Origin: Acidilobaceae archaeon
GTDB lineage: Archaea > Thermoproteota > Thermoprotei_A > Sulfolobales > Acidilobaceae
Assembly: GCA_038897215.1 (NCBI GenBank)
Contig: JAWAWX010000001.1
Span: forward strand, 992,001 to 1,056,000
Length of the DNA: 64,000 bases
Direction of reading: 5' to 3'
Of the stretch, positions 9,661 through 19,087 are shown piece by piece. Position 1 is the first letter of the stretch. Every line of letters starts with the position of its first letter. Under the pieces are notes generated by a model that saw only the letters and a program-made list of their open reading frames with translations, did no database searches and had not been told where the DNA came from. The translations under genes and the position numbers were made by a program.

Positions 9661-10752
9661 ATGAGGATTCTAGAGGTAGATAGGAAGAAGAGAGCGGTAA
9701 AGCTTAGAGTCGAGCACGAGGAAGACTTGTGGACTCTCAAGTTCATCCTGAAACCGGGCGACTACGCTACCTGCTGGACGACGAGAGACGTTGCTATAGG
9801 CGAAGTCAAGGAGAGAAAGCCGATGATACTAAAGCTCAGGATCGAGAAGCTGGAGTTCCAGCTATTCACGGGAGCCCTAAGACTATCCGGCATCGTGGTC
9901 GAGGGCCCTGAGGAGTACGGTGTCATTGGGAGACATCACACTGCTCAAGTGAAGCCTGGAGACGTGCTGGTGATAGAGAGAGAAGAGGGGTGGAGTGATA
10001 GAGTCCTGAAGAAGCTGGAAGAGAGCGGTTACAAAGGATCAGCTCTCATAGTCTCTATAGACTACGACGAATACGCTATAGCCTTACTGACCAGTCTAGG
10101 GCTGAAAGTCCTGGAGGAGGGCTATTCGAGAATACCTAGCAAGGGCGATGATAGAAGAGAGGAAGCTCTAGAGAGATACGTAGACGAGATAGTAGCCAAG
10201 GTGGCGGATAACGCCTCAAGACACAGCGTTCTCGTTGTGATAGTAAGCGGTCCCGGTCCCCTAAAGGAGGCTATCGCTGAAAAGCTCAGAAAAGCTCTGC
10301 CAGACAAGAGGCTCCACGTAGACGAAACAGCTACTGGTGGCGTACCGGGAGTCAACGAGGTTTTGAGGCGAGCATCTGTTCTAGATGCTCTAAGAGACTT
10401 CGCTATCATTGAGGCAGAAAGTCTGCTAGAGGAGTTCATGTCGTTAGTGTCTAGAGACCCGGAGAGAGTAGCGTACGGTCTCGCTGACGTGCTAGCCTGC
10501 CTAAAGGCTGGAGCAGTCGAGAAGATGGTGATAGCAGACTCTCTGCTCTTCAGCTTCAGAGATGAGGAGAGGAGAGCCGCGGAGATGGCTATGGAAGAGG
10601 CTGAGAGGAGGAGAGCAAGAGTAGTAATAGTCCCGAGAGAGAGCCCCCCAGGCGAGAGAGTCAGCCTGCTGGGAGGCGTTATAGCCAAGCTTAGATACAG
10701 GCTCCCCCTCGAAGCGAGGAGGTCTATCGGGGGAGCCGAGGCTGAGAGCTAG
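9661..10752 (+). CDS. pelA: mRNA surveillance protein pelota (Dom34)
   Basis: EEDLWTL, LRLSGIVVEGP, GPGPLKE, AYGL, LGGVIAKLRY (eRF1-like domains). Confidence 0.93.
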   Translation: MRILEVDRKKRAVKLRVEHEEDLWTLKFILKPGDYATCWTTRDVAIGEVKERKPMILKLRIEKLEFQLFTGALRLSGIVVEGPEEYGVIGRHHTAQVKPGDVLVIEREEGWSDRVLKKLEESGYKGSALIVSIDYDEYAIALLTSLGLKVLEEGYSRIPSKGDDRREEALERYVDEIVAKVADNASRHSVLVVIVSGPGPLKEAIAEKLRKALPDKRLHVDETATGGVPGVNEVLRRASVLDALRDFAIIEAESLLEEFMSLVSRDPERVAYGLADVLACLKAGAVEKMVIADSLLFSFRDEERRAAEMAMEEAERRRARVVIVPRESPPGERVSLLGGVIAKLRYRLPLEARRSIGGAEAES

Positions 10753-10988
10753 GTCGCGACGAGCGTTACTGTGCGCTCTACTCCGCTTATAGACCTTATC
10801 CCGCTGACTATAGCCTCGAGGATTCTCATGTTCTCAACTTCTACTCTAACCACTATGTCGAACTCACCGTAGGTTATACGAGCCTCTGTCACCTTACCAC
10901 CGAACCTGCTGAGTATCTCGTCTCTCACGTCTTCCTCAGTGCCGGCGAGAACGTTGACTAGTATGTAGGCGACAATCCTCCCGACCAC
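10749..10988 (-). CDS. Lrp/AsnC ligand-binding (RAM) domain protein
   Basis: 79 aa; AYILVNV, YGEFDIVVRVE, GVERTVTL. Confidence 0.88.
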   Translation of the reverse strand: MVGRIVAYILVNVLAGTEEDVRDEILSRFGGKVTEARITYGEFDIVVRVEVENMRILEAIVSGIRSISGVERTVTLVAT

Positions 10989-11025
10989 AGACTCAGCCCC
11001 ATCAGGGTTCTCGCTACTCGAGGAT

Positions 11026-11838
11026 TTAATACTCTATCCTCTCAAGCGCTCGCCTTAGAGTCGGCGGGGGTATATAGAATAGAAGCTTAGCCTTATGGTA
11101 GTCTCTTATCACTGTTCTAGCTGCTTCATCGATATCGAGTTCTCCCGTCTTCTTGAGCCTCCAGCCTCTCTTAGCAGCTAGAGCCTCTAGGATCTTGTAG
11201 GGGTCGGTTTCGTCTATGCCGTAAGCGTCTAGTACAGCTCGAGGATTGTATTTTAGTGCTCTCTCCAAGAGCTCTACAGCTGGCCTAACAGGGTCTTCTA
11301 GCTCTTCGGGAGCTTTTCCTCTTATCACTGCCTCGAGGCCCCCGCCTTCAGCCGGTATTATTCCAGGAGTGTCTATCATGTAGAATCCCTCCTCGATCTT
11401 CAAGATCTGGAGGCCTCTCGTGTAGCCATAGCTACCAGGTACGGGGCTAGTGTTAGCGCTATGCCTCCCCTTAAGCGCATTGATTACACTCGACTTGCCG
11501 GTCTTGGGGTAACCTACGACTGCCACGGTGAAAGGCTTTGAGGGAGCTACCGATCTTATCCAGCCTCTCAGCATCCTCGTCCCGAGTCTCGAAGTAGCCG
11601 AGACGTACATAGCGTTATACCCCAGACTCTCCAGATACCTCTTCCACGCGTCCGCTACGGGTCTAGGTACTAGGTCGCATTTGTTTAGAGCTATCAGGAG
11701 AGTCTTATCGAACGCTTCAGCTATCCTCTCAAGCCTTCTACTCATTGTGGAGAGCGGGTCTCTGATATCGACTACCTCTAGCACCACATCAGCCGTCTTG
11801 ACTAGCCTTGCCACCATGCTCCAACTAGCTAGCCTCAA
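11026..11838 (-). CDS. circularly permuted GTPase, YlqF/RbgA family
   Basis: NKCD precedes GYPKTGKSS and DTPG. Confidence 0.9.
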   Translation of the reverse strand: MRLASWSMVARLVKTADVVLEVVDIRDPLSTMSRRLERIAEAFDKTLLIALNKCDLVPRPVADAWKRYLESLGYNAMYVSATSRLGTRMLRGWIRSVAPSKPFTVAVVGYPKTGKSSVINALKGRHSANTSPVPGSYGYTRGLQILKIEEGFYMIDTPGIIPAEGGGLEAVIRGKAPEELEDPVRPAVELLERALKYNPRAVLDAYGIDETDPYKILEALAAKRGWRLKKTGELDIDEAARTVIRDYHKAKLLFYIPPPTLRRALERIEY

Positions 11839-11954
11839 GACTCTCCTCCCAGTCTATACTTTTGGTGCTAGTAGTTTATTAAGTCTATGAACACGATATT
11901 AGGATCGAGCGAAGGCTACTATACACTCCACTCGAGGAGAATGGGGGGACTCTG

Positions 11955-12917
11955 GTGGGGAGGAGTCCAGCTATAGTGATCAAGGGTCTCGTCAAGAGGT
12001 TCGGTAACATTACAGCAGTCGACGGTCTAGACTTGGAGATCTATGATAACGAGTTATTCGTACTCCTGGGGCCCAACGGCTCCGGTAAAACCACGACTCT
12101 ATTGGTGATCTCGACTGTCTACAAGCCTACGAGCGGAGACGTCTTGGTATACGGCTATAGCGTGGCTAGAGAGGGGGATCAGGTTAGGAAGCTTATCGGG
12201 ATAGCGTTCCAGGAGCCTAAAGCTCTCTGGATGGATACCCCCTACGATATCCTGCTGTGGCACGCACTCGCCGTAGGGTATAGCTTGGGGGATGCTAGGA
12301 AGGTCGTTAGAGAGGTGATGGATGAACTAGGGCTTTGGGAGCATAGAGGTAAGATGATAAGCGAGCTGAGTGGAGGAACTAGGAAGAAAGTCGAGGTAGC
12401 CAAGGTTCTCATTCAGAAGCCTCGAGTAGCCATATTCGACGAGCCAACAGCTCAGCTTGATGTCGTAACTAAGCATGCCGTCTGGAATAAGATAATGGAG
12501 ATGAAGAGAGAAGGCTCGACGATAATAGTGGCAACTAACGACATGAACGAAGCAGAAAAACTCGCAGAGAGAATAGGGATAATCCATAAGGGTAAGCTGA
12601 GAGCTCTAGGCACTGTGGCGCAACTCAAGGACAGCGTGCCCGGCGGTGATGTAGTCGAGCTAGAGCTAGATTCACCAGCGAGTCCAGATATTCAGTCACT
12701 GCTGAAAGAGAAGCTGAGAGTCCCCGATGTGAGGGTCGATAGAGCTTCTCTAAGACTCTACGTGAATAAAGGAGAGGAGGTTCTAGCAGAAGCCGTCTCG
12801 CTACTAAACAGTCTCGGATACAAGGTTAAGAGAGCGTCACTCAAGGAGCCCACCTTAGACGACGTCTTCTTCTACTACACGGGAGCTAGTTTGAGAGAAG
12901 GGGTCGGTGCAAGTTGA
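11955..12917 (+). CDS. ABC exporter ATP-binding subunit (DrrA-like)
   Basis: GPNGSGKT, LSGG, FDEPT, C-terminal PTLDDVF. Confidence 0.92.
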   Translation: MGRSPAIVIKGLVKRFGNITAVDGLDLEIYDNELFVLLGPNGSGKTTTLLVISTVYKPTSGDVLVYGYSVAREGDQVRKLIGIAFQEPKALWMDTPYDILLWHALAVGYSLGDARKVVREVMDELGLWEHRGKMISELSGGTRKKVEVAKVLIQKPRVAIFDEPTAQLDVVTKHAVWNKIMEMKREGSTIIVATNDMNEAEKLAERIGIIHKGKLRALGTVAQLKDSVPGGDVVELELDSPASPDIQSLLKEKLRVPDVRVDRASLRLYVNKGEEVLAEAVSLLNSLGYKVKRASLKEPTLDDVFFYYTGASLREGVGAS

Positions 12918-13708
12918 CGTCGAGCTTGAGACAGCTAGCTATCGTGATCCTCTGGGATGTGAGGAAGCTCAGTAAGTATAAGTTCTTTCTAGCTATGAGA
13001 TTCTCCTGGTTCATATTCCAAGTCCTCTTATTCGGATACATAATATCCAATATGGTTGACTCTGCTAGAGTAGCCGCAGGCTTCGATTACTACAAGTTCT
13101 ACATAGCCGGGTCCTACGTGGCTATCCTGTTCTCGCTCTCCGCCCTCCACGGCTACGATATAATCGAGGAATTCGAGGATGGAATAATTAATTATCATCT
13201 CTCACTACCGATCTCTAGGAGAGTCCTCACTCTAGGCAGAGTCCTAGGTGGGGGGCTGGCGGTCTTCATCTTATCGCTTCCAATGAGCCTCATCCTAGCC
13301 TACGTGATGAAAGCGGGAGTCCTCCCATATCTAGGGTTGCTCGCCGTGTCGCTACTCTTCTCTCTAGGGCTGACCAGCGGGTCTATGGCTCTCGCTCTAA
13401 CTCTTCGAGCTAGCGAGAAGCTAGACGTGGTCATGGGGACTCTAGACTCTTTGGCTATAAGGCTGAGTACAGCCTTCTACCCGATCACTGTGATAGCATC
13501 TATTGCCATATACTACTATCTAGCTCTAGGTAACCCCGTTTCCCACGTAGCTGACTCGATTAGATACTTCTTCGGAGACGAGGTCGGCCCCTATCGCGTA
13601 GCCGACTTCTGGTTGATGGCAGCATACATACTCGGATTCGCTACAGCATCAGTGCTTGCGGCAATGTTCTTCATGGATAGGAGAGCGGAGGGCGGCTATA
13701 GTAGATGA
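12914..13708 (+). CDS. ABC-2 type permease
   Basis: Six TM helices, LSTAFYP, NPVSH; overlaps the ATPase stop. Confidence 0.85.
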   Translation: MTSSLRQLAIVILWDVRKLSKYKFFLAMRFSWFIFQVLLFGYIISNMVDSARVAAGFDYYKFYIAGSYVAILFSLSALHGYDIIEEFEDGIINYHLSLPISRRVLTLGRVLGGGLAVFILSLPMSLILAYVMKAGVLPYLGLLAVSLLFSLGLTSGSMALALTLRASEKLDVVMGTLDSLAIRLSTAFYPITVIASIAIYYYLALGNPVSHVADSIRYFFGDEVGPYRVADFWLMAAYILGFATASVLAAMFFMDRRAEGGYSR

Positions 13709-14496
13709 TTAGGGAGGCCTATGGCTTAGCTTACGGAGCTTTCATAGTTAGCTTGAGAGACCTCCACAGATTCTTCAAGTATAAGTGGTGGATAGCCGGG
13801 CTCATCACAGCCAATCTAGCCGACCTCTTCGTCTTCGCTCTACTAATAAGCGGGATTATGAGGAGAGAGATCGTTCCAGATTACCTGCTCTTCCTGGCTC
13901 CCGGTATAGCCGCTATTGCTGCTTTCGCTTCAGCGTTCACTATAGGGAGAGAGGTCATGATGGAGCTGAGGAGAGAAGTACACTTGTACCTCTTGAGCCT
14001 CCCAATAAGCAGAGCAGAGTTCGTTCTAGGGAGGATCCTAGGAGGAGTCTTGAGGGGGCTCATCTACCAAACACCAGTACTCCTAGCAGTCTTGATGATA
14101 ACGGGGGTTAGAGACGCTCGTCTCTTGCTTCTCATACCGATAGCGTCTATCCTCTTGACTGCGTCTATGTCTAGCTTATCGATAGCCCTATCTACTCTCA
14201 CTAGAAACCTAGACGTCCACGTGACTATCAGGAGCGTGACGTACTTCGTCTTCTTCTTCCTATCTACAGTATTCTATCCACCACAAGCGCTAAGGACTAG
14301 GCTACCGGAGCCTATCGTGATACTTGCTGAAAACAACCCAGTCTCGCTCGTTGCAGACCTCTATAGAGTAATACTGCTACCAGAGAACCTGGCTCCCGCT
14401 AGAGAGCCCTCTCTACTGCTGGCTAAACTCGCTACTCTAAGCATACTCCTAGTGCTTCTAGGCGCTAGTCTCTACCTGAGAAACTTGAGGAGATAG
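13705..14496 (+). CDS. ABC-2 type permease
   Basis: FLAPGI, LSLPISR, FLSTVFYP, NPVS. Confidence 0.87.
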   Translation: MIREAYGLAYGAFIVSLRDLHRFFKYKWWIAGLITANLADLFVFALLISGIMRREIVPDYLLFLAPGIAAIAAFASAFTIGREVMMELRREVHLYLLSLPISRAEFVLGRILGGVLRGLIYQTPVLLAVLMITGVRDARLLLLIPIASILLTASMSSLSIALSTLTRNLDVHVTIRSVTYFVFFFLSTVFYPPQALRTRLPEPIVILAENNPVSLVADLYRVILLPENLAPAREPSLLLAKLATLSILLVLLGASLYLRNLRR

Positions 14497-14572
14497 GAGG
14501 AGCTCCTGGAACGCCACCTAGGCTCTATTAATCGATACGCTAGAACAAGGGAGGGCTGAGCGATGGAGGGCT

Positions 14573-15220
14573 TTGTGGCTAGAGGCTTCTAGTAGCTATA
14601 AGCCTGGGCTCCTAGCTACGTCTATACGGGTGAAGAGGGACATCTCTCTGATAGGTGATGAAGCTGAACTGCGCGGATCTCCTAGAGTTGCTGGGCTGGA
14701 TTTAGCTGCCAGGTCTTCTCGATGTAGTGGCTACGCTTTAATCAATGCCAGCTCTAGAGTGGTCGAGAGAGTTCAGTGCCTCTATACAGACGAGGAGATC
14801 TTGAGTGTAGTGTTGAGAGATAAGCCTAGAGTTCTAGCTATAGATGCTCCGATCTCGCCTAGTCCTCGCTGGAGAGAGGTAGATAGGCTGGCTAGGAGAG
14901 CCGGTTTTAGAGTAATGCCTCCCACTCTAGGCCCCATGAGGGAGCTCACTCTCAGAGCTTGGAGACTCTACGAGAATCTCTCGAGCTTAGGGGTAGAGGT
15001 GATAGAGACTCACCCGTCTAGCGTTCTGCTAGCTACTTCGGTAGAAAGTCTGGCTGAGCTCTTGCTAAAGCTGGGATTATCGTGTAGAGAGTGCTATGCT
15101 CTCACTAGAGACCTCGCTGACGCTATTCTAGCCGCTATAGCGGCTTACTGTTATAGCGCGAGATTCTGCGCTTACGCAGTAGTCGCTGGCGATGGGGCAA
15201 TACACCTGGCTAGACTCTAA
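14573..15220 (+). CDS. DUF429 family RNase H-fold predicted nuclease (true start probably about 30 codons downstream)
   Basis: AGLDLAA, AIDAP, R-x-V-D, PMRELT, IETHP, DAILAA. Confidence 0.8.
   Translation: MWLEASSSYKPGLLATSIRVKRDISLIGDEAELRGSPRVAGLDLAARSSRCSGYALINASSRVVERVQCLYTDEEILSVVLRDKPRVLAIDAPISPSPRWREVDRLARRAGFRVMPPTLGPMRELTLRAWRLYENLSSLGVEVIETHPSSVLLATSVESLAELLLKLGLSCRECYALTRDLADAILAAIAAYCYSARFCAYAVVAGDGAIHLARL
14626..14680 (+). ncRNA. C/D-box methylation guide sRNA (candidate)
   Basis: C GTGAAGA 14630-14636, 11-nt guide, D' CTGA 14648-14651, C' GTGATGA 14655-14661, 12-nt guide, D CGGA 14674-14677; TATAAG at 14597-14602. Confidence 0.6.
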
Positions 15221-16322
15221 GCCACGAGACTTGGCTACCGTCTATCCTAGCAACTATGTTGAAGACTCCTACTCTCTTCACGAGAGCAGCGTAGATGTTG
15301 TGAGAGTTGAGTACGCCGTAGCCCTCGACGAGGACGAGAAGAGCTCTAGCCTCGCTCCCCTCTTCTATGAAGGGAGGCTTTCTCCCTATCATCACATACG
15401 GGTTGACCATGACCGCCTTCAGGACCTCGCGTGGAACCCTCTCGCTCTTCTCCCCCTGAAGCCTAGCTAGGTAGAACGCTACTCTAGCCTCCTCCCAGAT
15501 ATCTGGAAGACTCCAGGAGGCGTTATCCGTCCCTAGAGCTAGGAGTACTCCCGCTTTCAGAGCATCTGCTATTGGCGGAGACCCTACACTATGCCAGAGA
15601 TTGGAGCGAGGGCACGCTATGAGCCCCACTCTTTTCTCAGCAATCACCTCTAAGTCTTCTCTAGATAAGTGGGTTCCGTGAACGATCGCGTCGAATCCTG
15701 CTGCTAGAGCTAGCTCGAAATCTCCCCCTCTTCTAGCCTCCACTGTTTCAGCTACGTGAGTCATAGCGGGCTTCTTGAGGCTCACTAGCTCTCTCAGCTT
15801 CTCGAGAGAGAAGCCTAGAGGACTAGCGAGACCGAGCCCTTCGCAGAACTCCGGCCATCCCGGGCCCGGTCTGCCCAGCACTAGCACCTCCAGCCCTCTC
15901 AGCTTCTTCTTAGCTAGCTGCGCTAGCCTACAGCCCTCTCCACCCCCCTCTCTGAAGTCGATCACGAGACCGAGCCCTGTTCTCCAAGAGAGGCTGTAGA
16001 GCTCCGCGATCGCCTCGACAAGCCTACCCTCGGGAGTAGACTCTAGTAGTCTATGCTTGAGCCCTCTAGGAGGAGCCACTAGCTCCTCTAGCTTCAGCTC
16101 GAGCCCGTACTCTGGGAAAGCGTGATCTGCTGAGTGCACGTGAGCATTACCAGGCTGAGGTACTAGCGCGAAGCCTCTACCACCAGTAGAGTCCTCGGGG
16201 CAAGACTCGTAACTGCTTATAGACGAGACCACACCGTTCTCTACGAATACACACTTGTCTCTAGAGGCTTCTAGCTCCTCGCCCACCAAGACAAGCCCTA
16301 CTCTAATAGCTAGACTCCTCAC
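15210..16322 (-). CDS. amidohydrolase/deaminase family protein
   Basis: NAHVHSAD, THVAE, VHGTH, CPRSN, LGTDN. Confidence 0.88.
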   Translation of the reverse strand: MRSLAIRVGLVLVGEELEASRDKCVFVENGVVSSISSYESCPEDSTGGRGFALVPQPGNAHVHSADHAFPEYGLELKLEELVAPPRGLKHRLLESTPEGRLVEAIAELYSLSWRTGLGLVIDFREGGGEGCRLAQLAKKKLRGLEVLVLGRPGPGWPEFCEGLGLASPLGFSLEKLRELVSLKKPAMTHVAETVEARRGGDFELALAAGFDAIVHGTHLSREDLEVIAEKRVGLIACPRSNLWHSVGSPPIADALKAGVLLALGTDNASWSLPDIWEEARVAFYLARLQGEKSERVPREVLKAVMVNPYVMIGRKPPFIEEGSEARALLVLVEGYGVLNSHNIYAALVKRVGVFNIVARIDGSQVSWLRV

Positions 16323-16446
16323 TCAAACCCCCCGGGCTCTCGCTGTAGTCAAGCTATTTTTCAGTCGTGATAAAAGCTGTGGTCTCAACCTCTTCTCACT
16401 AATGCTATCCATACAGCTATGAGACCTGCTAGCACTGATATCATGA

Positions 16447-16524
16447 TGGTGGGGCCGCCGGGATTTGAACCCGGGACCACGGGGGCCCAAGCCCCGCATC
16501 CTAGCCAGGCTAGACTACGGCCCC
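16447..16524 (-). tRNA. tRNA-Pro(TGG)
   Basis: Reverse complement GGGGCCGTAGTCTAG...CGGGG-CT-TGG-GC-CCCCG...GGTTCAAATCC...CGGCCCCACCA. Confidence 0.96.
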
Positions 16525-16525
16525 A

Positions 16526-16614
16526 TGGCGCCGGGGGCGGGATTCGAACCCGCGCGCCCCCGTGGGGGCAACGGGTCTCAAGCCCGTCCCCTTGGTCCGC
16601 TCGGGCACCCCGGC
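16526..16614 (-). tRNA. tRNA-Ser(TGA)
   Basis: Reverse complement GCCGGGG...ACGGG-CT-TGA-GA-CCCGT, long variable arm GCCCCCACGGGGGC, G73 discriminator, CCA. Confidence 0.96.
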
Positions 16615-16704
16615 GCTCTCGAGTCTTGAGTATTAACGCCTGCTCTCTGGTTATTAGTTGAACGCGCTTGTCTAATAAGTCTTCTCGAGCGCTTCTCGAG
16701 AGGC

Positions 16705-17181
16705 TCAGGATAGCTTCGGGATCTTGATGTACACTCTGCCCGCTTGTCTTCTAGTCTCTATCCTCGATAGGTCCGCCTCTACTGGTAGCCTGTACTCGCC
16801 TCTCATCAGCCTCCTCGTTCTGTGAAATGCTCTAGCTCCAAACGCTCTAGCTATCTTCTCTCTATCTAGCTCGGCTTGCACGACTATCCTGTCTCTGTAG
16901 ACCTCTACTGTTATAGTCTCTTCTCTCGCTCCGGGGACGTCTACTACTAGGAGGTAGTGGTCTCTTCTCTCTATCAGTGTAGCCACAGGTGAGACCTCTC
17001 CTCGCATCTCTTCCTCCAGACTCTCCTCGAAGACTTTCTCGAGCTCCTCCCCGCTTTCCCTCATCTCCTCAAATAGCTCTTCTATCTCTCTCACGAATCT
17101 CTCGACGCTCTCAATGGTGTCTCTGAACTCTTTAAGCATCCTCCTCCTATAGTAGTCGAAGTCGAACACGTCGTACCTCAA
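16705..17181 (-). CDS. small heat shock protein (Hsp20/alpha-crystallin)
   Basis: LVVDVPGA, YRLPVEAD, GRVYIKIPK. Confidence 0.85.
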   Translation of the reverse strand: MRYDVFDFDYYRRRMLKEFRDTIESVERFVREIEELFEEMRESGEELEKVFEESLEEEMRGEVSPVATLIERRDHYLLVVDVPGAREETITVEVYRDRIVVQAELDREKIARAFGARAFHRTRRLMRGEYRLPVEADLSRIETRRQAGRVYIKIPKLS

Positions 17182-17195
17182 GACGGGGCACCCTT

Positions 17196-17990
17196 CTAGT
17201 ACACTATCGGTAGCCTGTGCTCGTAGCTCTTACCCATTCTAGCTATCACGGGTCTAGCCTCCTTCATCACCTCTCTAAGCTTCAGCCTTACCAGCTCCCC
17301 TTCTTTGACCAGCTCGTCGACAGGAACCTCTATCCCGGAGATCTTGGAGAAGACTCTGAGAGCCTCAGCTGCAGCCTCCGGGTCGGGTATGTCTAGGTAG
17401 GAGTCTGCCATTAAGAGCAGGTAGTTGAGTCTTTTTCTCAAAGCTTCTTTAAGCATAACAGCGTAGGGCCCTACTATGAAGCCCTCTCTGGCTTTAGAGG
17501 CGTTCTCCACGTTCTCGAACATCTTGTCGAGCGAGGGGTTAGATGACACCCAGTATACTCTAGGCTTCTCTAGCTCTGCTCTATCCGGGGTAGCTGTTCC
17601 AGTAAAGCCTACTATCGTGTCGACCCCCTTTAGTCTAGCGTACTCTATGAGAGCTAGCGAGAGAGCTATGGCTGCACGGCTACTCAAGACTATATCCGTG
17701 ATGGCTACTAGTAGCCTATCGTCTCCATAGACTCTTATCGGGCATACGTTCTCCCCCTCTCTCACGACCGCGACAGGCGGGAGTAGCACGTAGCTATCTA
17801 TCCCAACCTTGTCTTTCAACTGGAAGCTCTTCACTAAATGCATAGCAGCAATCTGACCAACGAGACCCACGTCGGGCAATCCTACGATCATGTATTTAGG
17901 TCTACCTACTTCATGGAATTCTCTGAAGATGAAGCCCTCGATCTCCTCCTCATAGACGGGAGTCAACTCTAGGCGCCTCCAGCACAGCAT
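17196..17990 (-). CDS. proteasome assembly chaperone (PAC2/Pba) family protein
   Basis: GLPDVGLVGQIA, PIRVY, GFIVGP, PDPEAAA. Confidence 0.88.
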   Translation of the reverse strand: MLCWRRLELTPVYEEEIEGFIFREFHEVGRPKYMIVGLPDVGLVGQIAAMHLVKSFQLKDKVGIDSYVLLPPVAVVREGENVCPIRVYGDDRLLVAITDIVLSSRAAIALSLALIEYARLKGVDTIVGFTGTATPDRAELEKPRVYWVSSNPSLDKMFENVENASKAREGFIVGPYAVMLKEALRKRLNYLLLMADSYLDIPDPEAAAEALRVFSKISGIEVPVDELVKEGELVRLKLREVMKEARPVIARMGKSYEHRLPIVY

Positions 17991-18019
17991 AATAGTCTCT
18001 AAAGCCTAAATAATACGAG

Positions 18020-18268
18020 GTGCTCTTCTTGCCTCTTAGAGTGGAGATAGCTCCTAGAGACTCCTGCATATCAGACATGGTGTGCGTAGTCCTCTGCCCC
18101 GAGGTCTTCGTGATAGAGAGGAGTGATGGGAGAGCAGCGATTAGAGCCTCCTTCAGGCTACAGGAGAGCGATCCTTCTCGAGGAGCTGTTAGCAGCGACC
18201 TAGCCTATTGTGTTGAAGCTGCTGCCGAGAACTGCCCGGTTGAGATAATAAGGGTGGTGCGGGAGTGA
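18020..18268 (+). CDS. single-cluster ferredoxin
   Basis: CISDMVC...CPEVF...AAENCPVEII. Confidence 0.88.
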   Translation: MLFLPLRVEIAPRDSCISDMVCVVLCPEVFVIERSDGRAAIRASFRLQESDPSRGAVSSDLAYCVEAAAENCPVEIIRVVRE

Positions 18269-19035
18269 GGATAATCTCGGTCGATATAGGCGATTTCGAT
18301 AGACTCTTCTACCCAGTAGTCCCACTGATAGTTCTAGCTGAGCACGAGGGAGTTGTTGACGCAATGGTTGCGACTTGGTGGGCGTCAGTCTCCTACAACC
18401 CTCCCAGGCTAGCTGTCTCTATAGCTCCAGAGAGGCTCACGTATAGGCTCATAGCTGAGTCCGGTAGATTCGGCGTCTCGGCTGTCAGCGTTGAGTATTT
18501 CGATAGACTACTCTTCCTAGGAGACTTCTCGGGTAGGTTTTTGAGAGATAAGGTTGAGCGGTCGGGCTTCACTATAGTCAGAGGCTCTGCTCTAGGAGTG
18601 CCCATGATAGGTGAGGCTTACGCTTCGGCAGAGCTCAAGGTATGGAGGATTATCGATGTTGGAGACCACGACTTAGTCATCGGCGATGTAGTTGCAGTCT
18701 ACGGGCTCTCCTCTTTTAAGGGAGTCTGGAGGATAGAGGACTTCAAACCTATACTCTACCTTGGGAGAGTTAGAGAGCCGGGGCTCAAGAGAGCCTATAT
18801 CGATATAGAGAAAGCGAGAACAGCGATAGCTGAAGTGAGGTACGATGAGAGTCTGATGGAGGCTAGAGAAGCTAGGAGAAGATTGCTAGACGAAGTCTCA
18901 TCGGTAGTGGAGACCTCGCCGAGCCTCGAGGAGGCGGAGAGAAGAGTAGTCGAGACTGTGAAGAGATACGGGCTCGATGAGAGAGACGCGCGCTATCTAC
19001 TCAAGGAGGCTCTAAAGAGGCTGAAGACTGTGTAA
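18265..19035 (+). CDS. flavin reductase-like (FMN-binding split barrel) protein
   Basis: SYNPP, LIAESGRF, SGRFLRDK, GDHDLVIG. Confidence 0.87.
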   Translation: MRIISVDIGDFDRLFYPVVPLIVLAEHEGVVDAMVATWWASVSYNPPRLAVSIAPERLTYRLIAESGRFGVSAVSVEYFDRLLFLGDFSGRFLRDKVERSGFTIVRGSALGVPMIGEAYASAELKVWRIIDVGDHDLVIGDVVAVYGLSSFKGVWRIEDFKPILYLGRVREPGLKRAYIDIEKARTAIAEVRYDESLMEAREARRRLLDEVSSVVETSPSLEEAERRVVETVKRYGLDERDARYLLKEALKRLKTV

Positions 19036-19087
19036 CGGCTGCTCTTCAATCGCTCTCCTAGGCTAGCCTGCTTGTCTGCGATCTCCG

